Source: Eledone cirrhosa
Lineage: Eukaryota
Assembly (NCBI GenBank): GCA_964016885.1
Contig: OZ024745.1
Location: 19,034,001-19,098,000, forward strand
Length of the DNA: 64,000 nt
Reading direction: 5' to 3'
The number at the start of each line of letters is the position of its first letter. Within the stretch, counting starts at the first letter, position 1. A program made the position numbers and the translations under genes. Positions 62,940 to 64,000 of this stretch are shown piece by piece. A model generated the notes under the pieces. It saw nothing but the letters and a program-made list of their open reading frames with translations. It was not told where the DNA came from and did not search any database.

Positions 62940-64000
62940 TCGTCATCACACACCATCATCACCATTGCCATCAGTGTCTTCACAATTGTCTTCACCATTG
63001 CCATCAACATCATCACCAATAGCATAACCATAATCATCACCATTATTACCACCACTGTCATCATCATAATCATTGCCGTTGTCATCACTGTTGTCATCAC
63101 CACTGTCATTACTGTTGTCATTACCACTGTCATTACTGTTGTCATTACCACTGTCATTACTGTTGTCATCACTACTGTCATTACTGTTGTCATTAACGCT
63201 GTCATTACTGTTGTCATTACCACTGTCATTACTGTTGTCATCTCCACTGTCATTACTGTTGTCATTACCACTGTCATTATTGTTGTCGTTACCACTGTCA
63301 TTACTGTTGTCATTACTGTTGTCATTACCACTGTCATTACTGTTGTCATTACCACTGTCATTACTGTTGTCATTACCACTGTCATTACTGTTGTCATTAC
63401 CACTGTCATTACTGTTGTCATTACTGTTGTCATTACCACTGTCATTACTGTTGTCATTACCACTGTCATTACCACTGTCATTACTGTTGTCGTTACCACT
63501 GTCATTACTGTTGTCATTACCACTGTCATTACTGTTGTCATTACCACTGTCATTACTGTTGTCATTACCACTGTCATTACTGTTGTCATTACCACTGTCA
63601 TTACTGTTGTCATTACCACTGCCATTACTGTTGTCATCTCCACTGTCATTACTGTTGTCATTACCACTGTCATTACTGTTGTCATCTCCACTGTCATTAC
63701 TGTTGTCATTACTGTTGTCATCTCCACTGTCATTACTGCCATCATCAGTAATGTCATTACTGTTGTCATTACTGTTGTCATCACTACTGTCATTACTGTT
63801 GTCATTACCACTGTCATTACTGTTGTCATTACCACTGTCATTACTGTTGTCATCACCACTGTCGTTACTGTTGCCATTACTGTTGTCATCACTACTGTCA
63901 TTACTGTTGTCATCTCCACTGTCATTACTGTTGTCATTACCACTGTCATTACTGTTGTCATCACTACTGTCATTACTGTTGTCATCACCACTGTCATTAC
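62940..64000. repeat. 12/24-bp minisatellite (TGTCATTACTGT-TGTCATTACCAC), runs off window end
   Basis: Direct periodicity; source of the spurious (TTVMTVVM)n ORF. Confidence 0.96.

Noticed and set aside
62924-63997. 357-aa (TTVMTVVM)n ORF
   Set aside because: 12/24-bp satellite.

Overview
AT-rich animal genomic DNA, probably a coleoid cephalopod such as Octopus (inferred from repeat content, not verified). The window is almost entirely the interior of one + strand cadherin gene. I assembled 16 GT-AG exons by hand (4682-62912; 1985 nt, about 662 aa; all phases join) encoding six extracellular cadherin repeats, most like the Cad87A type. The signal-peptide exon was not identified and the C-terminus lies beyond the window. 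The introns hold: a near full-length RTE-clade LINE with a PHD finger inside its RT domain; a full-length but disabled Dong/R4-type LINE plus a truncated copy; CRE-, Vingi- and other RTE-like fragments; a non-autonomous Helitron; two tRNA-derived SINE families; a minimal hammerhead ribozyme motif; long hairpins; large minisatellites; and a 200-N gap. Most long ORFs in the supplied track are satellite artefacts. The most interesting signals concern how these elements interact: satellites derived from SINE and LINE parts, SINE (TAT)n tails abutting splice acceptors and hosting a Dong insertion, an internally deleted LINE derivative, and an unusual RTE translation start.
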